Positions 42,715-55,593 of a stretch of DNA of 64,000 nucleotides are shown piece by piece. The first letter of the stretch is position 1; each line of letters begins with the position of its first letter. Source of the stretch: Eledone cirrhosa (taxonomy: Eukaryota); NCBI GenBank assembly GCA_964016885.1, contig OZ024753.1:7688001-7752000 (forward strand), in the 5' to 3' direction. The notes under the pieces are model-generated. The model was not told where the DNA came from. It was given only the letters and a program-made list of their open reading frames with translations, and did no database searches. A program made the translations under genes and the position numbers.

Positions 42715-43203
42715 TAAACCTGCAATGGGCTAGTATTCTATCCAGTGGAGGGTCATATAATCACAGTCGCTCAATGCGAATGACAGATGGGGAGTTAATC
42801 CTGCAATGGACTGTGTCCTATCCAGGGGAAAGTCATATAATCACAGTCGCTCAATGCGAATGACAGATGGGGAGTTAATCCTGCAATGGACTGTGTCCTA
42901 TCCAGGGGAAAGTCATATAATCACAGTCGCTCAATGCGAATGACAGATGGGGAGTTAATCCTGCAATGGACTGTGTCCTATCCAGGGGAAAGTCATATAA
43001 TCACAGTCGCTCAATGCGAATGACAGATGGGGAGTTAATCCTGCAATGGACTGTGTCCTATCCAGGGGAAAGTCATATAATGACAGTCGCTCAATGCGAA
43101 TGACAGATGGGGAGTTAATCCTGCAATGGACTGTGTCCTATCCAGGGGAAAGTCATATAATCACAGTCGCTCAATGCGAATGACAGATGGGGAGTTAATC
43201 CTG
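42715..43203 (+). repeat. 80-bp tandem repeat (about 6 copies) derived from family B SINE sequence
   Basis: period 80; unit contains CCTGCAATGGACTGTGTCCTATCCAGGGG and CAGTCGCT, as in 23905-23955; preceded by GTTGCTCCAG.. Confidence 0.85.
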
Positions 43204-43764
43204 TGCATGTGTGCATATGTGTACGTTTGTGTGTATATTGTTTGTGAGTGTGTGAATTATATGTAATGCAACTTAACTTTTCTCCTCAAGAGTTTCATCA
43301 AAGATCTGTTTATGTGCTGAGAATGGTCCTTCTTTCAATAGGGACGGTTCACAACTTCATGTTAACCCTTTCCTGGCCATATTTCTAGTAAAATCTACCA
43401 TATTTTATTTTAATTAAGAATTTCAAGAGTTTTACTACAATTATAACGATGGTATTTTTATCAGAACTTGACAAAAAGCTCTTATATCAAATTATGTTGG
43501 AAGATTATAATTCAAATAGGAACCCTTTGGAATGTGTGGTCTATTTTCATATAACGAGGGGTGGCGTTGTGTTGGGTCGTAGCATAAAAATTAGGCTTGA
43601 ATCAAACTTGTTTTCTTTTACCAAAAACATCATTATTTACATCGTTTTTTTTTTTTACATCTGCGTTCCATTCTAACACTAGTTGGATGTGACATTTTGA
43701 GGCAATGTTATACAGACAGACTCTCTATCCTGACGCCAGCGCTTGAATGGCCTCTTACCAAATA

Positions 43765-44197
43765 CAGACTGTGAATTAGTAGAGTTGTTAGCACATCAGA
43801 TAGAATTCTTCGTGGTATCTGTTCCGGCTCAGTGTTCTTTGAGTTCAAATCAAGCCGATGTCAACTTTGCTTTACATCCATGCGAGACCGATAAAAAAAA
43901 GTACCAGTCTAATTATACTGGGGTTGATTCTTCCTCCATATGTCCTCACTTCATCTACATCTCCTCTCACATCCTCTATATCTCCTTCTCACTTCCATTC
44001 TCACACTCTTTCTATCCTTCTCTGGAAGAAATCTGCTGTATTCAGACCTGGAGAGGAGATGATGGGCTACGCCAGGCTTTTAAAACATGTTCCCAAAATG
44101 TCATATGCTACTACGCCGCGTATTGTGGTTGATTCTTCTTCTCTACCTCTTTCTCACGTCCTCTCTCTCCCATTCTATCATTCTCTGGAAGAAATCT
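43765..44197 (+). mobile_element. family A-related SINE with extended, duplicated tail
   Basis: GAGTTCAAATC..CAACTTTGCTTTACATCC..GATAAAAAAAAGTACCAG. Confidence 0.65.
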
Positions 44198-44800
44198 AAT
44201 GTCTTCAGAGTTGGAGATGAGATGAGCTGAGATCTGCCGGGCTTTAGAAAAAAGTGTTCAAGAAATTCCATATGCCATTATGGCGGCCGTTATAGCTCCA
44301 TCAGGATTTACAGGACAATACATATATAACCACACTATGTACAGGGGTATAGTATACCTATTATATAGACCAAGGATAGATATAGTATTGATCACTAAAT
44401 GTCTTCAGAGCTGGAGATGAGATGAGCTGAGATCTGCCGGGCTTTAGAAAAAAATGTTCAAGAAATTCCATATGCCATTATGGCGGCCGTTATAGCTCCA
44501 TCAGGATTTACAGGACAATACATATATAACCACACTATGTACAGGGGTATAGTATACCTATTATATAGACCAAGGATAGATATAGTATTGATCACTAAAT
44601 GTCTTCAGAGCTGGAGATGAGATGAGCTGAGATCTGCCGGGCTTTAGAAAAAAATGTTCAAGAAATTCCATATGCCATTATGGCGGCCGTTATAGCTCCA
44701 TCAGGATTTACAGGACAATACATATATAACCACACTATGTACAGGGGTATAGTATACCTATTATATAGACCAAGGATAGACATAGTATTGATCACCAAAT
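44198..44800. repeat. 200-bp tandem triplication
   Basis: GTCTTCAGAG(C/T)TGGAGATGA at 44201, 44401 and 44601. Confidence 0.95.
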
Positions 44801-45327
44801 AGTAAAATATGCATAAATAAAGCAGAGCAAAAACATTTAGGTTTAAAAAATTGATAAACAGTGGCATATATATACCATTAAATTAAATAGTAAACAAATG
44901 TTTATGAAAATATATTAATATATAATAAGATCTGTTATTATTGAACTAGAAGAGAAGTCATGCAGCAGAGAAATGTTGATAATAAGAAAAATTTTTGAAG
45001 CTAGACTAATATAATTTTTGAAATATTAACCTCGTGTATAAGGGCAACCTTTCACCTTTGATCTTAAATTCTGCTATAAATGTTTTCGCATTATACATGC
45101 ATAATAAATATGCTACGTTAAGATAAAGATTGTCTATTATATATATATGTGTGTGTGTGTTTGTGTGTGTATGTGTATGTAATGTAATATAAATATATGT
45201 AACGTTATGTATATATATATATGTGTGTGGGTGTTGTGTGTGTGTGTATATGCAGGTATGTATAACGTATGCGTGTAGTGTTATATATATATAGAGATAG
45301 ATGTGTGTGTGTGTGTGTCTGTGAATG

Positions 45328-45548
45328 TTTGTAGTATTATGTATGTAAATGTATAATGTATGTATGTAGGGTTATGTATGTATATATATATAAATGTATA
45401 TATATATATACACATTGTAGTATTATGTATGTAAATGTATAATGTATGTATGTAGGGTTATGTATGTATATATATATAAATGTATATATATATATACACA
45501 TTGTAGTATTATGTATGTAAATGTATAATGTATGTATGTAGGGTTATG

Positions 45549-45590
<42 letters not shown>

Positions 45591-45693
45591 CATAACCCTA
45601 CATACATACATTATACATTTACATACATAATACTACAATGTGTATATATATATATATATACATTTATATATATATAAATATATATATATATAC

Positions 45694-45744
<51 letters not shown>

Positions 45745-45912
45745 CATAACCCTACATACATACATTATACATTTACATACATAATACTACAATGTGTATA
45801 TATATATATATATACATGGAAATATATATAAATGTATATATATATATATATACACATTGTAGTATTATGTATGTAAATGTATAATGTATGTATGTAGGGT
45901 TATGTATGTATA
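45328..45912. repeat. core of about 57 nt repeated 6 times in both orientations between (TA)n spacers
   Basis: CACATTGTAGTATTATGTATGTAAATG..GTAGGGTTATGTATG: three forward, two reverse, one forward. Confidence 0.9.
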
Positions 45913-46259
45913 TATATATACACACACACGCAAACGCATGCGCAAAGAAGACAAAATAAAATAAACAAACAAGCAAATAAATAAATAAATATATAGACAG
46001 ACTGAATAAAAAATGGCGTCGACATACAACACAACAGGAGGAAAAAATATAACACCACTGACGATGTTGCAGATGTGCAACGAAAGATTTATGTAAATTA
46101 TGTAAACTATATATATGTGTTTGTGTCTATATTGTATCTGTATTATTTTTGACCGTCGGTCAGTCAATGGCAACATTGAGGACCGAGTAAGTTAGATCAC
46201 AGATATAAAAGACAGCGAGAAGCGAAAACCAACCAAACAGTGAGTGTGTTCTGTTATTA

Positions 46260-46303
46260 ATTCTGGCAATATTACGCAAATATGACCCTCCCCAAGTATA
46301 ACA
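46260..46303 (-). mobile_element. solo TIR of the TGT..ACA (Ginger-like) family
   Basis: ATGACCCTCCCCAAGTATAACA followed by ATAT. Confidence 0.6.
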
Positions 46304-46368
<65 letters not shown>

Positions 46369-46558
46369 TGCGCGCGTATGTGTGTGTGTAATGTATGTAT
46401 GTATGTATGTATGTATGTATGTATGGATGGATGTATACATGTGGTTTGTGTATAATGAAGTGCAGTGTACTTATGAGAAAACAATACCCTGCTATTGAAC
46501 AATGGAAAAGCTATGTTATGAAGATTGCTAGTAATATTACATTAAACAGTGTGTTTAT

Positions 46559-46617
<59 letters not shown>

Positions 46618-46748
46618 CATATATATATGTACATACATATATATACATACATATATACATATACATAAATATATACATACATATATATACATATATACAT
46701 ACATACATACATATATACATACATATATATCCATATATACATACATAC

Positions 46749-46781
<33 letters not shown>

Positions 46782-46825
46782 CATATATATACATACATAC
46801 ATACATACATACATACATACATACA

Positions 46826-46874
<49 letters not shown>

Positions 46875-47214
46875 GTAGCATTGTTGTAAAAATTGCTGGT
46901 TACGTTATAAATAAACATTGTGTTTTCTGATATTATCTATGCATATATATCTAATACATATATACATATATGTATATATATACATACACACACTCACACA
47001 CACACACATATATATATATGTGTTTGTGTTTGAGTATATATACAGTGGAAGCTGCATATTATAATCATGGATAACATTATTTATCATTTACTGAGATCAA
47101 AACTGGCTGGTCCCAAGAACTGAATTTGCCTAATGTTATCAAACAGACTTTGTCTTAACATAATAGCAATAAGTGGCTTCAATATGTGTGTGAGTGTCTA
47201 CGTATATATATATA

Positions 47215-47416
47215 TAGGAACCAGTAAGACCCCGACGGCTGAGCTGAAGCCGTTTCGACGGCTAATTCTGGACTGGATTAGTCCAGAATTAGCCGTCGAA
47301 ACGGCTTGAGCTCAGCCGTCGGGGTCTTACTGGTTCCTATTACCCACTCTACTACCCCAAGTATTGAGTATTTTGGTGCGTTATGGTCCACCTGGTTCCT
47401 TAACACATTTCCTTCG

Positions 47417-47418
<2 letters not shown>
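47215..47418 (+). mobile_element. fold-back element X (short and long arm)
   Basis: centre CTGGACT-GGATT-AGTCCAG; (TA)n both sides. Confidence 0.85.
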
Positions 47419-47451
<33 letters not shown>

Positions 47452-47659
47452 GGAGGTGATAAAGCAATGCAGATATCGGATATTTTTTTCTCATTTATAA
47501 AAGCTATCTCTCTCTTTCTATCACCCATCTCTCCTCCTATCTCATCCTTCCTTATTATACTCCCCCCCCCCCATTCTTTACTCTCATCTCCTCCTCTTTT
47601 TCATCCTTTTCACAACCCCCCCCCCCTCATTTTTTCATCAATCTTAAACTACTTTTCAT

Positions 47660-48019
<360 letters not shown>

Positions 48020-48041
48020 TATATATATATATATATATATA

Positions 48042-48339
48042 AAGGGAAAAGCACGAATGTCCATGTGATTTTCACCTAAAAATCCCCTCCGAAGCACAGG
48101 TGCGGGCAACGTGGTTTGTGGAAGACCAGCAGTCATCCATGCATACCAGACTCCTCCATGCCCCACCGACAGAGTTTTGCACCAGTGACATCGCAACTCA
48201 TTTCCACAACTGAGTGAACTGGAGCCCACAAGAAATAAAGTGTCTTACTGAAGAACACGACGCAGATCGCGGTCTGAGAATTGAACTCACAACCTTGCGA
48301 TTGTAAGCCCTATTCTCGAACCACTAAGTCATGTGCCTT

Positions 48340-48340
<1 letters not shown>
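48042..48340 (-). mobile_element. tRNA-headed SINE (family B-like)
   Basis: minus strand TGACTTAGTGG (A box), GAGTTCAATTC (B box), GTGTTCTTCAGTAAGACACTTT. Confidence 0.75.
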
Positions 48341-48434
<94 letters not shown>

Positions 48435-48436
48435 GT

Positions 48437-48620
48437 ATCATCATCATCATCATCATCATCATCATTTTACGTCCGCTTTTCCCTGCTTGTAAGGGTGGGA
48501 CGGGAACTGATTCTGGCTTGATTTCTACAGCTGGATGCCCTTCCTAACACCAACCTCATTTACAGTGTGGGCTGGGTGCTTTTTTGCCGTGGCACCTCCA
48601 CGACCACTTTGCAGTGGAAT
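48437..48620 (-). mobile_element. family C SINE with RTE 3' tail
   Basis: tail nearly identical to RTE 40948-41015; body CTACAGCTGGATGCCCTTCCTAACACCAACC. Confidence 0.8.
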
Positions 48621-48754
48621 GATAGGAATGAAATGAGATAATAGGGACTGGGGTCCCTATTATCTCATTTCTACAGCTGAGTAAACTGGAGCAATGTTAA
48701 ATAAAGTGTCTTGCTCAAGGAGACAACACATCACCCGGTCTAAACCATGTGCTT

Positions 48755-48803
<49 letters not shown>

Positions 48804-49236
48804 AACATAAACTCAAAATTATATGTATATATATATATATATATGAAATATATATCATTTTTACCCAAAACAATATAAAAAGTTAAAACCATAGGTGGAG
48901 AGGTTAAATACAGCTCAAAATAGAGTAATTTATCATAAGCAAAACAAAAGACTATGCATCATCCCTTCTAAAAGAATTTTCCAAAAAGGAAAAAGGTCTG
49001 TATACAAACTCCTATAGTGCCAAAAATAACAGACATATTATAAGCAACATCGAACCACTCTAGCACGTTGCTAAAAAATCAAATTTGAAAAAAAAAAAAA
49101 AAAAAATTTATTATTTTTAATATATTCTAAATAAAAAAATAAATGTAAATTTGATAAAAGTTGATAAAAAATATTATAACAGATAAGAGGGAAATAGATA
49201 CACACATAGGCTACATACATGTAGAAGTAGTATTTT

Positions 49237-51048
49237 ATACAACAATTTTGTACGAGCCTTATCATAAGTACATATACAACAATTATGTACGAGCCTTATC
49301 ATAAGTATATATACAACAATTATGTACGAGCCTTATCATAAGTATATACACAACAATTATGTACGAGCCTTATCATAAGTATATATACAACAATTATGTA
49401 CGAGCCTTATCATAAGTATATATACAACAATTATGTACGAGCCTTACCATAAGTACATATACAACAATTATGTACGAGCCTTATCATAAGTATATATACA
49501 ACAATTATGTACGAGCCTTATCATAAGTACATATACAACAATTATGTACGAGCCTTATCATAAGTACATATACAACAATTATGTACGAGCCTTATCATAA
49601 GTACATATACAACAATTATGTACGAGCCTTATCATAAGTATATACACAACAATTATGTACGAGCCTTATCATAAGTATATATACAACAATTATGTACGAG
49701 CCTTATCATAAGTACATATACAACAATTATGTACGAGCCTTATCATAAGTATATATACAACAATTATGTACGAGCCTTATCATAAATATATATACAACAA
49801 TTATGTACGAGCCTTATCATAAGTACATATACAACAATTATGTACGAGCCTTATCATAAGTATATATACAACAATTATGTACGAGCCTTATCATAAATAT
49901 ATATACAACAATTATGTACGAGCCTTATCATAAGTATATATACAACAATTATGTACGAGCCTTATCATAAGTATATATACAACAATTATGTACGAGCCTT
50001 ATCATAAGTACATATACAACAATTATGTACGAGCCTTATCATAAGTATATATACAACAATTATGTACGAGCCTTATCATAAGTACATATACAACAATTAT
50101 GTACGAGCCTTATCATAAGTATATATACAACAATTATGTACGAGCCTTATCATAAGTATATATACAACAATTATGTACGAGCCTTATCAAAAGTACATAT
50201 ACAACAATTATGTACGAGCCTTATCATAAGTATATATACAACAATTATGTACGAGCCTTATCATAAATATATATACAACAATTATGTACGAGCCTTATCA
50301 TAAGTATATATACAACAATTATGTACGAGCCTTATCATAAGTATATATACAACAATTATGTACGAGCCTTATCATAAGTACATATACAACAATTATGTAC
50401 GAGCCTTATCATAAGTACATATACAACAATTATGTACGAGCCTTATCATAAGTACATATACAACAATTATGTACGAGCCTTATCATAAGTACATATACAA
50501 CAATTATGTACGAGCCTTATCATAAGTACATATACAACAATTATGTACGAGCCTTATCATAAGTACATATACAACAATTATGTACGAGCCTTATCATAAG
50601 TACATATACAACAATTATGTACGAGCCTTATCATAAGTATATATACAACAATTATGTACGAGCATTACCATAAGTACATATACAACAATTATGTACGAGC
50701 CTTATCATAAGTATATATACAACAATTATGTATGAGCCTTATCATAAGTACATATACAACAATTATGTACGAGCCTTATCATAAGTACATATACAACAAT
50801 TATGTACGAGTCTTATCATAAATATATATACAACAATTATGTACGAGCCTTATCATAAGTACATATACAACAATTATGTACGAGCCTTATCATAAGTATA
50901 TATACAACAATTATGTACGAGCCTTATCATAAATATATATACAACAATTATGTACGAGCCTTATCATAAGTATATATACAACAATTATGTACGAGCCTTA
51001 TCATAAGTACATATACAACAATTATGTACGAGCCTTATCAAAAGTACA
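49237..51048. repeat. 37-bp minisatellite (YATATACAACAATTATGTACGAGCCTTATCATAAGTA), about 49 copies
   Basis: period 37 read directly. Confidence 0.97.
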
Positions 51049-51405
51049 ACGTCTGTCAAAAAAAGTACCAAATTTTATTTTCCCTCATCAGCAGTAACGA
51101 TGTTAGGATGACAAAGGTGTTCTGAGTGTAGCTACAAATGATTATATGTATATGTGAGGTTTTAGGCGAGCTCAGTGGGTGCACAAGTTGCTGTCAGGCA
51201 GCCAGCATTGCACTTTCATTTTGCATGATATTGACAGCAAGGATCCTGACTTCCTGAATACCATGATAATGGGGGATCAGGTGTAGGTGTACAGGTGTAT
51301 CCTGAAACCCAGTACTACATCAACGCAGCAAAAAGCTCCCCTCCCACCTTCCCCCAAAAAGCATGTCAGCTGCAGAGCAAAATTATGTTTTGTTTTTCCT
51401 TTAAA
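51045..51405 (+). pseudogene. mariner transposon fossil (TIR-like start plus transposase remnant)
   Basis: DPDFLNTMIMGDQV*VY (compare DPDFL..IITGDE.WVY) and ..P.KACQLQSKIM; start TACAACGTCTGTCAAAAAAAGTACC. Confidence 0.65.
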
Positions 51406-51535
51406 CTTTTATATAGGTATATATATATATATACATACACACACACACATATATAAATATATATATATATATATATATGTTAATTTAACACTTCACTGCT
51501 CGCAAGTGTTTTTTAAGCTTCATATCATGTCTCCC

Positions 51536-51606
51536 TATTTTATCTGATGAGAACGGAAATATCATCCCATGATGATATTTGTTTTTGAAATGCGCATAAT
51601 AAAATA
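51536..51606 (+). ncRNA. type I hammerhead ribozyme, intact core
   Basis: TATTTTAT-CTGATGA-GAACggAAATATCATC-ccat-GATGATATTTGTTTTT-GAAA-TGCGCA (palindrome)-TA-ATAAAATA, within a 160-bp element (51480-51640) between (TA)n runs. Confidence 0.85.
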
Positions 51607-51636
51607 CTTGGAACTCTTTTAACCATCTTTTGATCT

Positions 51637-51698
<62 letters not shown>

Positions 51699-51867
51699 AT
51701 AATAATAAATTTGAAGACTAAAATCCAAAGAGGGCTCGATAAGGATAAATATATATCAAATATATAAGAACCGTAGAGCAAATATTTATTAAAAATCGCT
51801 GCTTTCACTCTTAACGTTGCAACGTTTTTTTAAATATCCACTTCTGCGTTTACAGATTGACTCTGTT

Positions 51868-51918
51868 AGTTTCAGAAGATCCCGTTAAGGGTGAAAGCAG
51901 CGATTCTTTGCTTAAACT
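51868..51918 (+). ncRNA. type I hammerhead motif with one core substitution (CAGAAGA)
   Basis: AGTTT-CAGAAGA-tCCC-gttaa-GGGt-GAAA-GCA..TGC-TT-AAACT; inverted copy of its 3' part at 51782-51816. Confidence 0.6.
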
Positions 51919-52136
51919 TTAATCTGTTATTTTAATAAATATATATATATATATATATAAAAAAATTTTTTTTTAAATATTTTCTTATTTTACGTCCTTT
52001 ATATTATTGTTCTGCATTCTCCTGCATTGAACCACCTAGGTACTATGACATAACCTGTGTATTTGCTAGCATGGGCGTGCATCTGTGCGCTTATGTTAGT
52101 TGATATATTAAATTATATATATATATATATATATAT

Positions 52137-52194
52137 AAGATGGTTAAAGGAGTTCCATGTATTTTATTATGCGCATTTCAAAAACAAATATCAT

Positions 52195-52195
<1 letters not shown>
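52137..52195 (-). mobile_element. solo hammerhead 3' half (family of 51536) starting at the stem II loop
   Basis: minus strand GATGATATTTGTTTTT-GAAA-TGCGCA-TA-ATAAAATACATGGAACTC in (TA)n. Confidence 0.75.
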
Positions 52196-52229
<34 letters not shown>

Positions 52230-52261
52230 ATATATATAATGTATATATATGTATATATATT

Positions 52262-52495
52262 ATTTCATTCATTAATTTTGTTTGACCCGTTTAGCTTGCT
52301 TCGTCTTTTTTTTTTTTTTTTTTTTTTTGCTTAGGTGGTTAATAGCTTCTTAACCGCCGTCTCAGTTTGTATGGCCTTTATAACATATGTTTATTGCTCT
52401 GGTCTCTTCTGGTCCATGGAGCGCTTGCCAACATAAATCGGAAATTGCATTTCGCTTATTTCTACCCGCCGAAATACGATTCTCGCTGAATTTAT
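52262..52495 (-). mobile_element. unclassified (TA)n-inserted element of about 230 bp (family Y)
   Basis: aligns in reverse to 53482-53703 and 61351-61545. Confidence 0.7.
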
Positions 52496-52513
52496 ATTTA
52501 TATATATATATAT

Positions 52514-52560
52514 TGTTATACTTGGGGAGGGTCATATTGTTGTAATAATATTGCCAGAAC
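52514..52560 (+). mobile_element. solo TIR of the TGT..ACA (Ginger-like) family
   Basis: ATAT then TGTTATACTTGGGGAGGGTCATATT. Confidence 0.6.
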
Positions 52561-52948
52561 GCGGTCAAAAATACAGATATAATATAGATATAGATATAAA
52601 CAAAATATATGTTTATAATATGTTTATAATATAATATAGATATAATATAGATATAAACAAAAATACAGATATAATATAAATATAAATAGAACTATATATA
52701 TATATACATCTGCCACACCAAAAGAACCCCTCTTCCCATACACTAATCAGCTACCCCTACCCATCACCCCCCTCCTCTCGCTCCATCATGCCCCTGACCC
52801 ATCCAACATATTGATAGCCAAATATGTGGGTTCGTATCTCATGTACGTCAATGCTAATTCCTTTTTTCTATTCTGTGGGGTTTTTATAACTCCAACTAAT
52901 AGGTTAATTTACTTAGTTAAAAATAGAGCGGAAGCACTATTTTACTAG

Positions 52949-53004
<56 letters not shown>

Positions 53005-53007
<3 letters not shown>

Positions 53008-53147
53008 TCCTCATTTTACGTCCGCTTTTCCCTGCTTGCAAGGGCGGTACGGGTCCTATTCAGCACAGCATCTCTCCACTTGTCACGGTCCTTCGTCATC
53101 TCTGTGAGCTTCAGCGATCTGAGATCTGCTCTCACCACCTCCGCCCA
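53005..53147 (-). mobile_element. RTE LINE extreme 3' fragment
   Basis: WAEVVRADLRSLKLTEMTKDRDKWRDAVL; same family as 40948-41625. Confidence 0.88.
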
Positions 53148-53481
53148 TATATATATATACACATACACACATATATATAAATATACAGATATATACATAT
53201 ACATACATATATGTATATATATATAGATAGATAGATATAGATATAGATACATACACAAATTGAAATAGAAGGCCATTTCACAAAATAAAATACTGTAATA
53301 ACAGGATGTATAAACCCACGAAATTAAGACTATTCATTCAGTTAATTTATACGCCCTGATATTAAAACTATTTTATTTAGTCAAATGTTACAGTGTAGCC
53401 TTCTATTTCCATTTCAAAATTTGGTCGCTGCTTTCTAAACATAATTCCTATATATATATATATAAATATAAATATAAATAT

Positions 53482-53703
53482 AAATTTAGCGAGAAGCGCA
53501 TTTCGGCGGGTTGAAATTAGCGAAACGCAATTTCCATATTGTGCAGACAAGCGTTCCATGGATATGAAGAAGATACCAGAGCTATAAAAAACATAAGTTA
53601 AGATGGTCATACACGCTGAGACGATGGTTAAGAAGCCATTAACCACCATAGCCAAAAAAGCGAACAAGGTAAACGGGTCAAACAAAATGAGATATGATTG
53701 AAA
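53482..53703 (+). mobile_element. family Y element
   Basis: AAATTTAGCGAGAA..GGTTAAGAAGCCATTAACC..AAACGGGTCAAACAAAAT. Confidence 0.7.
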
Positions 53704-53723
53704 TATATATATATATATATATA

Positions 53724-54158
53724 TAGGAACGAGTAGGACCCCGACGGCTGAGCTCAAGCCGTTTCGACGGCTAATTCTGGAATTAGCCGTCGAAACGGCT
53801 TGAGCTCGGCTGTCGGAGTCCTACTCGTTCCTATTACCCACTCTACTACCCTAAGTATTGAGTACTCTGGTGCGTTATGGTCCATCTGGTTCCTTACCAC
53901 ATTTCCTCCGTTATATATATATATATATAACAAAGGAATTGTGGTCAGGAACCAGATGGACCATAACGCACCAGAGTACTCAATACTTAGGGTAGTAGAG
54001 TCGGAAATAGGAAAAAGTATGACCCCGACAGCAGAGCTGAAGCCGTTTCGACGGCTATTTCTAGACTAAATTAGAATTTCACCAGGCTAAAAATTCTAAT
54101 TTAGTCCAGAAATAGCCGTCGAAACGGCTTAAGCTCTGCCGTCGGGGTCATACTTTTT

Positions 54159-54162
<4 letters not shown>
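53724..54162. mobile_element. two fold-back element X copies tail-to-tail (53724-53912 plus, 53929-54162 minus)
   Basis: long arms meet across a 16-nt (TA)n spacer; the second copy has a longer central hairpin. Confidence 0.85.
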
Positions 54163-54232
<70 letters not shown>

Positions 54233-54471
54233 TATATTCCGAAGAGATTGTTTTGGTAAAAACAGGAGCAAGCAGGAGAAAGCTCTCAACACTCGTAGTT
54301 TTTAGTTACAATGGAGATTTTTATAAAAATATCAAAAATAATAATGCTGATGTTACATAAATCGTTTAATCATTATAATTATTAGATATAATTATATAGA
54401 TATGTCTGCTGGACACACGAGGAGAAGGACGTGTGTTTTCTCCTGTCGGCGGCATATCACTAAATTGGATT

Positions 54472-54558
54472 TCATCTGAGGATGCCGTTCTCATAAGAAC
54501 AACAAATGTATGAAGGACTTCTCGATTGCATGGAGAACCGTTTAAATAATTATAATGA
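54472..54558 (+). ncRNA. type I hammerhead motif with one core substitution (TAAA for GAAA)
   Basis: TCAT-CTGAGGA-..GTTCTC..GAGAAC..-TAAA-TAATTA (palindrome)-TA-ATGA; 54333-54383 is an inverted copy of 54545-54595. Confidence 0.55.
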
Positions 54559-54595
54559 TTAAACGATTTGTATAACATCAGCATTATTATTTTTG

Positions 54596-54654
<59 letters not shown>

Positions 54655-54734
54655 GTCAAATCGGACCGAGGAAACAATGTATCCAAGGGTCTTTCTAATT
54701 GCGAATACTCTCTATCGATCGCAACTTCAGGCAG

Positions 54735-54843
54735 AAGTAGCAACGTGAAATAAAGTGTCTTGCTCAAGGACATAATGCATCAACCGGTCGGGAATCGAAA
54801 TCACAACCTCACAATTGTGAATATATATCAGCCTCGCGCCTTC
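54735..54843 (-). mobile_element. family B SINE head
   Basis: minus strand GATTTCGATTCCCGACCGG..GTCCTTGAGCAAGACACTTTATTTCACGTTGCT. Confidence 0.7.
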
Positions 54844-55103
54844 ATATATATATATATATATAAATGAGAGGTATAGAAATTGTTTTAGCGAGAAGCTAAC
54901 AGTGTTCCATAACATATATGCGACTATGTCGTCAAGATGGGAAAAATAGTTAACGTACGATGTAGGAAAAATAATTCAAACTCATCTCAAAAGAGAATCA
55001 GGATACAAATTCATCCACAGAATTTAGTGAAATCCAGGGAAAAATCAATAGACCCTTAACTCATGATAAAATAAAGTTTAAAATACTTATCCCTCAATTT
55101 GGA

Positions 55104-55140
<37 letters not shown>

Positions 55141-55144
<4 letters not shown>

Positions 55145-55346
55145 AACCAGTAAGACCCCGACAGCTGAGCTCAAGCCGTTTCGACGGCTAATTCTGGACT
55201 CTGGACTCGCGTCCAGAATTAGCCGTCGAAACGGCTTGAGCTCAGCTGTCGGGGTCTTACTGGTTCCTATTACCCACTCTACTACCTCAAGTATTGAGTA
55301 CTTTGGTGCGTTATGGTCCACCTGGTTCCTTACCACATTTCCTTCG

Positions 55347-55348
<2 letters not shown>
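55141..55348 (+). mobile_element. fold-back element X (short and long arm)
   Basis: both arms share private variants (GACAGCTGAG/CTCAGCTGTC); 79-nt tail 55270-55348. Confidence 0.85.
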
Positions 55349-55386
<38 letters not shown>

Positions 55387-55554
55387 TGTCAAAACATTGA
55401 TTTAATTCAATTTGAGAACTCAACGTGGATTTTCCTAATGTATCACGGCCTTATCAATAAAGGATTTATCATCTAAATTTTGTATTTCCTTATTTTATAT
55501 ATATATATATATATATATCGTGAAAGATATTAAACGATGATGATCATATGTATA

Positions 55555-55589
<35 letters not shown>

Positions 55590-55593
<4 letters not shown>

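Noticed and set aside
49237-51048. CRISPR-like 37-bp periodicity
   Set aside because: Head-to-tail units with no spacers.
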